Below are positions 10,275-19,441 of a stretch of DNA of 64,000 nt, in pieces. The translations under genes were made by a program, and so were the position numbers. The stretch is from assembly GCF_035548195.1 (NCBI RefSeq), contig NZ_DASZTY010000037.1:13775-77774 (forward strand). Reading direction: 5' to 3'. Origin of the DNA: Hyphomicrobium sp. GTDB taxonomy: Bacteria; Pseudomonadota; Alphaproteobacteria; Rhizobiales; Hyphomicrobiaceae. Under the pieces are notes generated by a model. It made no database searches, was not told the DNA's origin, and saw nothing but the letters and a program-made list of their open reading frames with translations. Each line of letters starts with the position of its first letter. Position 1 is the stretch's first letter.

Positions 10275-12134
10275 ATGGTCGTGAAGCTCGCGGCACTGGC
10301 TCTGGCGGCCGCGAGTCTCGGCGCAACGGATGCGCTTGCTGAGCCGCGGCACGGGCTTTCCGTCTTCGGCGAATTGAAATACCCGGCCGACTTCCAGCAC
10401 TTCGACTATGTCAATCCGGATGCGCCGAAGGGCGGCCGCATGGTCACCCTCGGAACAGGCGGCGCAAACACGTTCGACAATCTCAATCCGTACATTTTGA
10501 AGGGTGACGCCGCCCAGGGACTCGACTTCCTCTTCGATAGCCTGATGGTGCGCGCCCAGGACGAGCCCGACGCCGTTTATGGGCTCGTCGCGAAGTCCGC
10601 GGATGTCGCCGCCGATGGCATGTCGGTGACGTTCAAGCTGCGGCCCGAAGCGAAGTTTTCCGACGGTACGCCGATCACGGCCGACGACGTTGTTTTTTCG
10701 TTCGATACGATCAAAGCAAAGGGCCATCCGGCGCTCGCGCAGCCGCTGCACGATGTCGTGTCGGCGGAAGCTTTGGATCCCGAAACCGTGCGCTACACGT
10801 TCAAAGGCACGCTAACGCGCGACCTGCCGATTACGGTTGCGCAGTTGCCGGTCCTGTCGAAGGCTTACTACTCAAAGCAGCCATTCGAAGAAACGACCTT
10901 GAAGCCGCCGCTCGGTTCGGGGCCGTACCGGATCAAGGAATTCAATCCGGGAACGTACATCACCTATGAGCGGCGAAAAGACTATTGGGCCAAGGATCTG
11001 CCGGTCAATCGCGGCCGCTTCAACCTCGACGAAATCCGCTACGATTATTTCCGCGACCGCAACATCGAACTCGAAGCGCTGAAATCGGGGCAACTCGATT
11101 TTCGCGAGGAGTTCTCAAGCGTCGCATGGGCCACGGGCTACAATATACCTGCTGTGCATGACGGCCGTCTGATCAAGACTTCGCTACCGGACAACAGGCC
11201 ATCCGGGGCGCAGGGATATTTTATCAATACGCGCCGCGACAAATTCAAAGATCCGAGCGTGAGGCTTGCGCTCGATCTCGTCTTCGACTTCGAATGGTCG
11301 AACAAGAAGCTGTTCTACGGACTCTATAAGCGCACGACGAGCTACTTCGAAAATTCCGACATGAAGGCCACGGGGTTGCCTGGTCCGGAGGAGCTGGCGC
11401 TGCTCAACCCCTATAAGGACAAGCTTCCAGCCGAAGTTTTCGGCGAGCCCTATATTCCGCCTGTGACGGACGGCAGCGGCAACAACCGCGCCAATCTCAA
11501 GAAGGCGCATGATCTTTTGCTTGCGGCCGGCTGGAAGCCCGGCCCAGACCACATGCTGCACAATGCCAAGGGCGAACGGCTGACGATCGAATTCCTCGAC
11601 TTCGAAGCCGCCTTCGAGCGCATCACCGTGCCTTATACGGAGAATCTCAAGAGTATCGGCATCGATGCGTCCTGGCGTCTCGTCGATCCAAGCCAGTTCG
11701 AGCGGCGCGTCAAATCCTTCGATTTTGACGTGACCACGCAACGCTATGCCCTGCGTCTTACGCCTGGCATCGAGATGCGCAGCTATTGGGGATCGCAGGC
11801 AGCAAAGATGGATGGGTCATTCAATCTTGCTGGCATCGCTGATCCCGTCGTCGATGCGCTGATCGACAAGGTAACAGCGGCAAAATCGAGAAAAGAACTT
11901 GTCACCGCCACGCACGCTATCGACCGCGTGCTGCGCGCCGGGCATTATTGGGTGCCGCACTGGTATAAAGCGTCATATGGCATAGCCTATTGGAATAAAT
12001 ACTCGCGCCCTGCCGTGCAGCCCAAGTACGATGAGGGCGTGCTCGATACGTGGTGGTTCGATCCGAAGAAGGCCGAAGCGCTCGCTTCCGGCAAACCGCA
12101 ACCGCAGTCCCACGAACAACAGGCGAAGCCCTGA
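10275..12134 (+). CDS. yejA: ABC transporter substrate-binding protein, family 5 (YejA-like), copy 2
   Basis: Start refined to MVVKLAALALAAASLGATDALA (signal peptide). Paralogous motifs: FDYVNPDAPKGGRMV, VTFKLRPEAKFSDGTPITADDVVFSFD and KDYWAKDLPVNRG. Confidence 0.85.
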   Translation: MVVKLAALALAAASLGATDALAEPRHGLSVFGELKYPADFQHFDYVNPDAPKGGRMVTLGTGGANTFDNLNPYILKGDAAQGLDFLFDSLMVRAQDEPDAVYGLVAKSADVAADGMSVTFKLRPEAKFSDGTPITADDVVFSFDTIKAKGHPALAQPLHDVVSAEALDPETVRYTFKGTLTRDLPITVAQLPVLSKAYYSKQPFEETTLKPPLGSGPYRIKEFNPGTYITYERRKDYWAKDLPVNRGRFNLDEIRYDYFRDRNIELEALKSGQLDFREEFSSVAWATGYNIPAVHDGRLIKTSLPDNRPSGAQGYFINTRRDKFKDPSVRLALDLVFDFEWSNKKLFYGLYKRTTSYFENSDMKATGLPGPEELALLNPYKDKLPAEVFGEPYIPPVTDGSGNNRANLKKAHDLLLAAGWKPGPDHMLHNAKGERLTIEFLDFEAAFERITVPYTENLKSIGIDASWRLVDPSQFERRVKSFDFDVTTQRYALRLTPGIEMRSYWGSQAAKMDGSFNLAGIADPVVDALIDKVTAAKSRKELVTATHAIDRVLRAGHYWVPHWYKASYGIAYWNKYSRPAVQPKYDEGVLDTWWFDPKKAEALASGKPQPQSHEQQAKP

Positions 12135-13255
12135 TGGCCTTTTATCTTCTCAAACGGGTGCTGCTCGTCATTCCGACGTTGTTCGGCATCATGCTGTTTT
12201 CTTTCATCATCATTCAGTTCGCGCCGGGCGGTCCGGTGGAACAAATGATTGCCCAGCTAACAGGCAATACTTCATCCATCGTCAGCCGCATGGGCGGCGG
12301 AGGGGGAGATGCGCTCGGCGGAGGTAATTCCGCTACGGCGCAGCTTGGCCAAGGCGGCGACGCCATAACGTCGAAATATCGCGGCGCGCAAGGACTGGAC
12401 CCAGCCTTCATCAAAAGTCTCGAAAAGCAGTTCGGCTTCGACAAGCCGGCGCCCGAGCGCTTCTACCTGATGATGAAGAACTTTCTCACGTTCAATTTCG
12501 GCAAGAGCTATTTCCGCGATGTCTCCGTCCTCGAACTGATCAAGGAAAAGTTGCCGGTATCGATCTCCCTCGGCGTGTGGATGACACTGCTGACATATCT
12601 GGTCTCGATTCCACTCGGCATCAGGAAAGCCGTCAGGGACGGCTCGCCATTCGATACGTGGACGAGCGCCGTGCTGGTTCTCGGATACGCTATTCCCGGA
12701 TTTCTGTTTGCGGTTCTGCTGCTGATCCTGTTTGCGGGATCTTCATTCTTCCAGTGGTTCCCGTCGCGCGGATTGTTCTCCGACAATTGGGATCAGCTTT
12801 CGTTGTTCGGAAAAATTACTGACTATCTCTGGCATCTCGTGTTGCCGATGATCGCGATGGCGGTCGGATCGTTTACGGCGATGACGTTCCTGACGAAGAA
12901 CTCTTTCCTCGACGAAATCCGCAAGCAGTATGTCGTCGCGGCGCGCGCGAAGGGCCTGACCGAGCATCAGGTGCTTTACGGGCACGTGTTCCGTAACGCG
13001 ATGCTACTGATCATTTCCGGCTTTCCATCTGCGTTCATCAGCGCCTTCTTCTCCGGTGCGCTACTAATTGAGACGATCTTCTCGCTTGACGGTCTGGGGC
13101 TGTTGTCGTTCGAAAGCATCGAGAAGCGCGACTATCCCGTCGTCTTCGCGTCGCTTTATATTTTCTCTCTTGTCGGTTTGTTCGTCGGTATCATTTCGGA
13201 TTTCGTCTACACGATCGTCGATCCGCGTATCGACTTCGAGACGCGCGAGGTCTGA
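12134..13255 (+). CDS. yejB: ABC transporter permease (YejB-like)
   Basis: Start refined to MAFYLLKRVLLVIPTLFGIML. Its ATG overlaps the yejA stop (ATGA). BPD-type permease with a Gly-rich insertion after TM1, typical of YejB. Confidence 0.88.
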   Translation: MAFYLLKRVLLVIPTLFGIMLFSFIIIQFAPGGPVEQMIAQLTGNTSSIVSRMGGGGGDALGGGNSATAQLGQGGDAITSKYRGAQGLDPAFIKSLEKQFGFDKPAPERFYLMMKNFLTFNFGKSYFRDVSVLELIKEKLPVSISLGVWMTLLTYLVSIPLGIRKAVRDGSPFDTWTSAVLVLGYAIPGFLFAVLLLILFAGSSFFQWFPSRGLFSDNWDQLSLFGKITDYLWHLVLPMIAMAVGSFTAMTFLTKNSFLDEIRKQYVVAARAKGLTEHQVLYGHVFRNAMLLIISGFPSAFISAFFSGALLIETIFSLDGLGLLSFESIEKRDYPVVFASLYIFSLVGLFVGIISDFVYTIVDPRIDFETREV

Positions 13256-13257
13256 CG

Positions 13258-14460
13258 ATGGATCAGAAAACGATCGATGCGAGCGCGACGGCGCCCACCA
13301 AGACATTGTCGCGATTTCAGCTATTTAAACGACGCTTCCATCTGTCGCCGGTCAACCGGCGGCGGCTCGAACGATTCAAATCGCACAAGCTCGGCTATCG
13401 TTCGTTCGTAATCTTTTCGACGTTATTTCTCGTTTCGCTGTTTGCCGAGTTCATCGCCAACGACCGGCCGTTGATTGTCAGCTACAAGGGCGAAATTCTA
13501 TTTCCCGTGCTCGTTGATTATCCGGAAGACAAATTCGGCGGCTTTCTTGCCATAACAGATTATCGGACGCCGGAGATCGCCAACGAGATCAAGGCCCATG
13601 GCTGGATGATCTGGCCGCCGATCCGGTATTCGTACGACACAATCAACAAGGACTATCCCGGACGCATCGGCGATAATGGTATCTGCCTCGGCTATCCGGC
13701 ACCGCCGCCCTGGGCTTCGTCGCTCAAGCTTTGTGACGCGCCCGCGGATCAATTGGCCCGCTATAACAAATGGGGAAATACCAACTGGCTCGGGCTCGAC
13801 AGCCAGGGGCGCGATGTCGTGGCGCGTGTCATTTACGGTTTCCGTATTTCTGTGCTGTTCGGCTTGCTGCTGACGATCGTGTCGTCGGCGCTCGGAATTA
13901 TTGCCGGTGCCGTGCAAGGATACTTCGGCGGCAAGGTCGACCTGATCTTTCAACGCCTGCTGGAGATTTGGAACTCGATCCCCGAGTTGTTCGTGCTGCT
14001 GATCCTGTCATCTCTGTTCGTGCCCGGCTTCTGGACGCTCCTCGGCATCCTGATGATTTTCAGCTGGACATCTCTTGTCGGGCTCGTTCGCGCCGAGTTC
14101 TTGCGCGGGCGCAATCTTGAATACGTCCGCGCCGCGCGTGCGCTCGGCCTTTCCGACTGGCAGATCATTTTCAAGCACCTGTTACCGAATGCGACTGTCG
14201 CGACGCTGACGTTCCTACCGTTCAAGCTTTCCGGCGCTATCGCGGCATTAACGGCGCTCGACTTCCTTGGTCTCGGCATGCCGCCAGGATCGCCGTCGCT
14301 CGGTGAGCTTCTGCTCGAAGGCAAAAAGCATCTCGAAGCACCGTGGCTCGGCATCTCGGGCTTCATTTCAGTATCGATCATCCTGTCGCTCGCGATCTTC
14401 ATGGGTGAAGCGGTGCGCGATGCGCTGGACCCGCGCAAGACATTCAGAACGCAAGGGTAG
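13258..14460 (+). CDS. yejE: ABC transporter permease (YejE-like)
   Basis: 400-aa polytopic ORF with the EAA-like loop RAARALGLSDWQIIFKHLLPN. Starts 2 nt after the yejB stop. Confidence 0.88.
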   Translation: MDQKTIDASATAPTKTLSRFQLFKRRFHLSPVNRRRLERFKSHKLGYRSFVIFSTLFLVSLFAEFIANDRPLIVSYKGEILFPVLVDYPEDKFGGFLAITDYRTPEIANEIKAHGWMIWPPIRYSYDTINKDYPGRIGDNGICLGYPAPPPWASSLKLCDAPADQLARYNKWGNTNWLGLDSQGRDVVARVIYGFRISVLFGLLLTIVSSALGIIAGAVQGYFGGKVDLIFQRLLEIWNSIPELFVLLILSSLFVPGFWTLLGILMIFSWTSLVGLVRAEFLRGRNLEYVRAARALGLSDWQIIFKHLLPNATVATLTFLPFKLSGAIAALTALDFLGLGMPPGSPSLGELLLEGKKHLEAPWLGISGFISVSIILSLAIFMGEAVRDALDPRKTFRTQG

Positions 14461-14465
14461 CACCG

Positions 14466-16094
14466 ATGACAGGCAACACGCTCGTTGACGTTCGCGATCT
14501 CTCCGTTGCTTTCGGCGAGGGAAAAGACGTGAGCCGTGTCGTAAAGAACGTTTCGTTCGATATCGGCAAGGGCGAGATCGTTGCACTCGTTGGAGAGTCG
14601 GGCTCGGGAAAAACCGTCTCGGCGATGTCGATCCTGCGGCTTCTGCCAAATTCGGCTTCGTATCCGTCGGGCGAAATCCTGTTCGAAGGCAAAGACATTC
14701 TGAAGCTCAAGGAATCGCAACTGCGCGATATTCGCGGGCGCCGGATTTCCATCATTTTTCAGGAGCCGATGACAACGCTCAATCCGCTGCACACGATCGA
14801 AGTGCAGGTGGGTGAAATCATCAAGCTGCATCAGAAGCTATCGACAAGCGAGACGCGCGCCCGCGTCATTGAGCTTTTGAATAAGGTCGGCATTCGCGAT
14901 CCTGAAAAGCGACTATCGGCCTACCCGCATCAGCTTTCGGGCGGTCAGCGGCAACGCGTGATGATCGCCATCGCGCTCGCCAACCAGCCCGATCTCCTTA
15001 TCGCCGATGAGCCGACGACGGCACTCGACGTGACCATTCAGGCGCAGATTCTGGAATTGCTGAAAGCCCTGCAGAAAGAAATGGGCATGGCGATGCTGCT
15101 CATCACCCACGATCTCGGCATCGTCCGGCGCATGGCGGAGCGGGTCTACGTTATGCGTCACGGTGAAATCGTTGAGACCGGGGATACCGAAGATGTATTC
15201 ACCGCACCGAAGCATTCCTATACGCGACATCTGATTGAGGCCGAGCCTAAGGGTGAGCCGCCGCCTGTCGATACCTCCCGCCCGGTCGTTGTCGAGACTG
15301 ACGATCTCAAGGTCTGGTTCCCGATCAAGCGCGGCTGGCTGCAACGGACTGTTGATTACGTGAAGGCGGTCGACGGGCTTTCGATGAAGGTGCGGGCGGG
15401 AGAAACGCTCGGTGTTGTCGGCGAGTCGGGATCGGGAAAAACGACGCTCGGACTTGCGATTTTGCGGCTTCTCTCGTCTGAAGGCCCGATAGCTTACGTC
15501 GGCAAGCGGATCGACGGCCTCAATAACAAGCAGATGCGGCCGCTGCGCAAGGAAATGCAGATCGTTTTCCAAGACCCCTACGGTTCGCTCTCGCCGCGCC
15601 TGACGGTCGAGCAAATCATCGAAGAAGGTCTGCTTATTCAGAATCCGGAACTCGACGAAGACAGCCGCCACGAGCGTGTGACGGTGGCGTTAAAGGAAGT
15701 CGGGCTCGATCCAGCGACGCGTGACCGCTATCCGCACGAATTTTCCGGCGGACAACGCCAGCGTATTTCCATCGCGCGGGCAATGGTGCTGAAACCGAAA
15801 TTCGTCATGCTCGATGAGCCGACGAGCGCGCTCGATATGAGCGTACAGGCGCAGATCGTCGATCTGTTGCGCGACCTGCAAAATAAGCACGATCTCGCGT
15901 ATCTGTTTATCAGTCACGACCTGAAAGTCGTTCGCGCGCTGTGCAACTACGTCATTGTGATGAAAAACGGCAAGGTCGTCGAAGAAGGTCCGGCGCGTGA
16001 GATCTTCGATCACCCGAGGGACGACTATACGAAGGCCCTGCTGGCGGCTGCCTTCGATATCAAGGTGACGCACCGCGCGGCGCTGACGACTTAA
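14466..16094 (+). CDS. yejF: ABC transporter ATP-binding protein with duplicated ATPase domains (YejF-like)
   Basis: 542 aa with two Walker A sites (GESGSGKT twice), two LSGGQRQR signatures and two Walker B sites ([24 protein letters not shown]). Confidence 0.9.
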   Translation: MTGNTLVDVRDLSVAFGEGKDVSRVVKNVSFDIGKGEIVALVGESGSGKTVSAMSILRLLPNSASYPSGEILFEGKDILKLKESQLRDIRGRRISIIFQEPMTTLNPLHTIEVQVGEIIKLHQKLSTSETRARVIELLNKVGIRDPEKRLSAYPHQLSGGQRQRVMIAIALANQPDLLIADEPTTALDVTIQAQILELLKALQKEMGMAMLLITHDLGIVRRMAERVYVMRHGEIVETGDTEDVFTAPKHSYTRHLIEAEPKGEPPPVDTSRPVVVETDDLKVWFPIKRGWLQRTVDYVKAVDGLSMKVRAGETLGVVGESGSGKTTLGLAILRLLSSEGPIAYVGKRIDGLNNKQMRPLRKEMQIVFQDPYGSLSPRLTVEQIIEEGLLIQNPELDEDSRHERVTVALKEVGLDPATRDRYPHEFSGGQRQRISIARAMVLKPKFVMLDEPTSALDMSVQAQIVDLLRDLQNKHDLAYLFISHDLKVVRALCNYVIVMKNGKVVEEGPAREIFDHPRDDYTKALLAAAFDIKVTHRAALTT

Positions 16095-16120
16095 CGGAAG
16101 CAATCAAAGAAAACGTTCTA

Positions 16121-16752
16121 ATGAGCGCATCGCAGCTTGTGCATTATCACGCGCCGAACTCGCGCTCCGCGACGATCCGCTGGCTGTTCGAGGAGCTTGG
16201 CTCACCCCCGCATGAGCAAAAAATTCTCAATCTCAAGAAGGGCGAGCACAAATCGCCCGAATTTCTGGCCGTCAACCCGATGGGCAAGGTTCCGACAATC
16301 GTCCATGGCAAGACGCCGGTGACGGAAGTCGGTGCGATCGCGATCTATCTGGCCGATCTCTTTCCCGAAGCCGGGCTTGCGCCCGCGATCGGCGATCCCG
16401 CGCGAGGCACATACCTGCGCTGGATCGTGTTCAATCATGGGCTGTCGAGCCCGCCATCTGCGATTTCGCGCTAAAGCGCGAGCCGGGGCTGCCTTCGATG
16501 ATGCCTTACGGCACCTATGACGAGACGATGGAGGCTCTTGCAGGGGCGGTCTCCAAAGGCTCGTATATTCTCGGCGATCGGTTTTCTGCCGCCGATGTCG
16601 TGGTCGGATCCGGCATCCGCTGGATGCTCATGTTCAAGCTTATTCCAGAGCGAGAAGAATTCACCAGCTATGCACAGCGCTTGATGAGCCGCCCCGCCTT
16701 TATCCGCGCTGCCGAAAAGGACGCCCAGCTAGCAAAGGCGATGGAGGCTTAA
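16121..16752 (+). pseudogene. glutathione S-transferase, interrupted by a single-base frameshift (or assembly error)
   Basis: ORF 16121-16474 encodes the thioredoxin-like GST N-domain (FLAVNPMGKVPTIVHG). The GST C-domain continues in the next frame, open from at least 16411 (SWAVEPAICDFALKREPGLPSMMPYG... to 16752). The frames meet at the G-run 16439-16441. Confidence 0.75.
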
Positions 16753-16964
16753 GTAGTGAACGTTATTGGCGAGCCATGCCGTAGCGTCATCTAAGTATTC
16801 GGTGCCGCGGTGCAGACATGCGTTCAACGCGGCGGCGCCCTTTGCTCGTTTTCAATGACCACCAAAAAAAATTGGCGCCGTTGCCGATAGCGGGTCAACT
16901 CGGAGGAACCTCTGTTTCTGGGCTGAGTTTGCACTGAGCAGGCACAAACCCACGAGGTTCAGAC

Positions 16965-17339
16965 ATGTGCGATTACTCACTTGAAATGTATCGCAGCAGG
17001 CCGGCGCAAGAAGGCGAAGAATACATCAGCAACAAGTTCCCGACCGGGAGCGTCGGTTTCGTGGCGCCGGGTGATCAGTCCGTCGCCATTTGCATGGACT
17101 GCGATACCGAATTAAAGCTTGCTAACATTCCGGCGCATCTGCGGGAGCAGGCCGGGCTTGGCGAAACCGAATTCGCAACGTTCACCCAAATGGACGGGCC
17201 TTATCACCGCGATTCCATTCGGTTCCGGAATGGCAAGGTTCTAACCTTGCAGCAGCTTGGCCCGGGCGTGACTGCGTCCTTGGTCGAGACCGTAAAGCCT
17301 GTTCCTTTCAAACCTGTCGATGTACGTGAGTTCGTCTAA
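16965..17339 (+). CDS. hypothetical protein (124 aa, Cys at residues 2, 43 and 46)
   Basis: MCDYSLEMYRSRPAQEGEEY... A GAGG Shine-Dalgarno lies about 8 nt upstream. Codon usage looks native. No family recognised by eye. Confidence 0.6.
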   Translation: MCDYSLEMYRSRPAQEGEEYISNKFPTGSVGFVAPGDQSVAICMDCDTELKLANIPAHLREQAGLGETEFATFTQMDGPYHRDSIRFRNGKVLTLQQLGPGVTASLVETVKPVPFKPVDVREFV

Positions 17340-17358
17340 ACGCTCTTTACCGATTATC

Positions 17359-17386
17359 CTGGCGCGGTCTTATTCGCCCGCGCCAG
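17359..17386 (+). terminator. possible terminator hairpin after the 124-aa gene
   Basis: CTGGCGCGG (17359-17367) and CCGCGCCAG (17378-17386) form a 9-bp stem with a 10-nt loop. No clear U-tract follows. Confidence 0.3.
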
Positions 17387-17578
17387 TCAAAGTTCCTTAT
17401 AGCCAAAATAGGGGAAATTTCGCGAAACAACGCGCCGTATTCTTACTTTTATTGATCTGCTTTCCCGATGTGCGCCGTAGAAATGCCGCATCGGCCCTCT
17501 TTTGCTAGCCTCAGTAATGCGCCGCGGGTTCGATTCGTGGCGGCACATGCGTGGGCGTCAGCATTCGAGAGGAATTCG

Positions 17579-19360
17579 ATGAATTTATCCCGACGGGCCG
17601 TTTTTGCAGCGGCTTCGCTTCTATCGGCCATCGTCGCGATGCCGCCGACCGTATTTGCCGACGATAAGCCGCCTCCTTCGAAAGACGCGGCGGGCAAGAA
17701 AAATAAGCACAAGAACGAGCATCCGAAGGCGACTGGCGAGAAAAAGGCTCCGCCACACGGACAGCCACATGCTGGCGGCAAACCGAGCACGGCGAAACCG
17801 CAAGGCGCGAAACCATCTGTCCCTCAACGCCCCTCATCGTCGTTCGGCAAACAGGGCCCGCCGCCGAAGAGCGGCTTTCATAATCTTCCGCCCCCCAACA
17901 AACGCGCCGCAACACCGAGCAACAACAAGCCGGCAGCGGCGGCGCAACCTCACAAACCTCCGGCCTCAAAGCCGGCCGTCATCAACGCCGCGCCGAACAA
18001 GCCTGCGCCGCAACACCCTGTTACCGAGAAGGCCGCTCCGAAGGCGCCCGCCGCCGGTGCGAAGGATCACGGCCGCGCCGAGCACAAGGCCGGCGATCGC
18101 GGCAAGCCGGAGCAACGACACTTCGGCGAAAAGGGACGGGCTCCGACGCCTGGCGCCAAGCCGCCGGTCGTCAATCCTACCAACAATCCTGCTGTAAGGA
18201 ATCGACCTGTCTCACCGACGATCGGGGCAAAAGCCCCCATCGGGAAAACGGCGCTCCCGAAACCTCTGCCACCCGCCCAAGCACGCCAGCGCTTTGAAAA
18301 CCTTCGTAAAGCTCGAACGCAAAAGGTCGAGGGCAATAAAACCTTCATCAAGGAAGGCGACCGTACGATCATCAAACAGAATAACCGCATTGTTATTCAG
18401 CATGACGAAAGGGAGCGGCTACGACGTGTCGATCCGCATGCGCGGTTCGAACGGGGCCGGAACGGCACGAACATCGCTGTGATCGATCGCCCGGGCGGCG
18501 TCCGGATTTATTCTGAAACGGACTCGAGCGGGCACTTGCTCCGGCGCTACCGGCGCGGGCCGGACGGACGCGACGTGATCATCATCGACAATCGCCGCAG
18601 GCATCATGGCGGGGTCGGTCGCGACATCGCCGCCGGCGTCGGGATCGGCATCGGCGTTGTAGCCGGTGCCGCGATCCTGAACTCGGTGCTCGACGTGCCA
18701 CCGCCGCGCGTTCGAATTCCGCGCAACGAGTATATCGTCGATTACGATGGCGCGAGCGAGGAATCCGTCTACGACGCACTTAGCGCGCCGCCCGTCGAGG
18801 ATTTCAGGGACCGGTATACGCTGGATGAAATCCGCGCGACGGCGGCGCTTCGCGATCGCATGCGGCGCGTGGATCTCGACGATATCAATTTCGAGTTCGG
18901 CTCGTGGGAGGTGGATCCAAGCGAGTACGGCAAACTCGATCGCGTGGCGCGCGCCATGAAGCGCGTTATTCGTCATAATCCGAATGAGGTCTTCATGATC
19001 GAAGGCTATACGGATGCGGTCGGCTCGCCGGAAGATAACCTGTCGCTTTCGGACCGGCGTGCGGAATCGGTAGCCGAGGTGCTGTCGGAAGAGTTCCAAG
19101 TGCCGTTCGAGAACCTGGTGACGCAAGGATATGGCGAAGATTATCTCAAGGTTCCGACCAACGGTCCGGAACGGCTCAATCGCCGCGTCGCCGTTCGCCG
19201 GATTACACCGCTGCTGGCGCGCGGAGATTCACCGCCACCACCGCCGCCGCCGCGTGCGAACGACCGGCCGCCGCCGCCCGATGATCGCTACGCACCACCG
19301 GATAATGGTCCGCCTGAAGAACATTACGAACAGGTTCCGGGTGGAAACGATCCCGACTGA
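17579..19360 (+). CDS. OmpA family protein with long Lys/Pro/Ala-rich region and C-terminal OmpA-like peptidoglycan-binding domain
   Basis: Start refined to MNLSRRAVFAAASLLSAIVAMPPTVFA (SRRxxF twin-arginine-like signal). Internal hydrophobic segment IAAGVGIGIGVVAGAAILNSVL. OmpA_C motifs: IEGYTDAVGSPEDNLSLSDRRAESV and NRRVAV. Confidence 0.85.
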   Translation: MNLSRRAVFAAASLLSAIVAMPPTVFADDKPPPSKDAAGKKNKHKNEHPKATGEKKAPPHGQPHAGGKPSTAKPQGAKPSVPQRPSSSFGKQGPPPKSGFHNLPPPNKRAATPSNNKPAAAAQPHKPPASKPAVINAAPNKPAPQHPVTEKAAPKAPAAGAKDHGRAEHKAGDRGKPEQRHFGEKGRAPTPGAKPPVVNPTNNPAVRNRPVSPTIGAKAPIGKTALPKPLPPAQARQRFENLRKARTQKVEGNKTFIKEGDRTIIKQNNRIVIQHDERERLRRVDPHARFERGRNGTNIAVIDRPGGVRIYSETDSSGHLLRRYRRGPDGRDVIIIDNRRRHHGGVGRDIAAGVGIGIGVVAGAAILNSVLDVPPPRVRIPRNEYIVDYDGASEESVYDALSAPPVEDFRDRYTLDEIRATAALRDRMRRVDLDDINFEFGSWEVDPSEYGKLDRVARAMKRVIRHNPNEVFMIEGYTDAVGSPEDNLSLSDRRAESVAEVLSEEFQVPFENLVTQGYGEDYLKVPTNGPERLNRRVAVRRITPLLARGDSPPPPPPPRANDRPPPPDDRYAPPDNGPPEEHYEQVPGGNDPD

Positions 19361-19365
19361 GTAGA

Positions 19366-19398
19366 AAGAAAGGCGCATCTTACCGATGCGCCTTTCTT
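19366..19398. terminator. bidirectional intrinsic terminator between convergent genes
   Basis: Perfect 14-bp stem AAGAAAGGCGCATC / GATGCGCCTTTCTT with a 5-nt loop, A/T-rich at both stem ends. Confidence 0.7.
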
Positions 19399-19441
19399 GC
19401 GTGGCGCTAAGCGCGATGACTGAGGCCGCGCCCAGTTCGTC

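Noticed and set aside
16753-16964. Possible small RNA or ORF in the 212-nt gap after the GST pseudogene
   Set aside because: There is no ORF of 60 aa or more, no convincing hairpin-plus-U-tract, and no recognisable RNA motif. It is best explained as promoter and leader of the downstream 124-aa gene.
17521-17545. tRNA-like T-arm string GGGTTCGATTC upstream of the OmpA-like gene
   Set aside because: The flanking bases do not form a T-stem (CGCGG versus GTGGC), and no acceptor, D or anticodon arms can be drawn. No tRNA genes were found anywhere in the window by eye.
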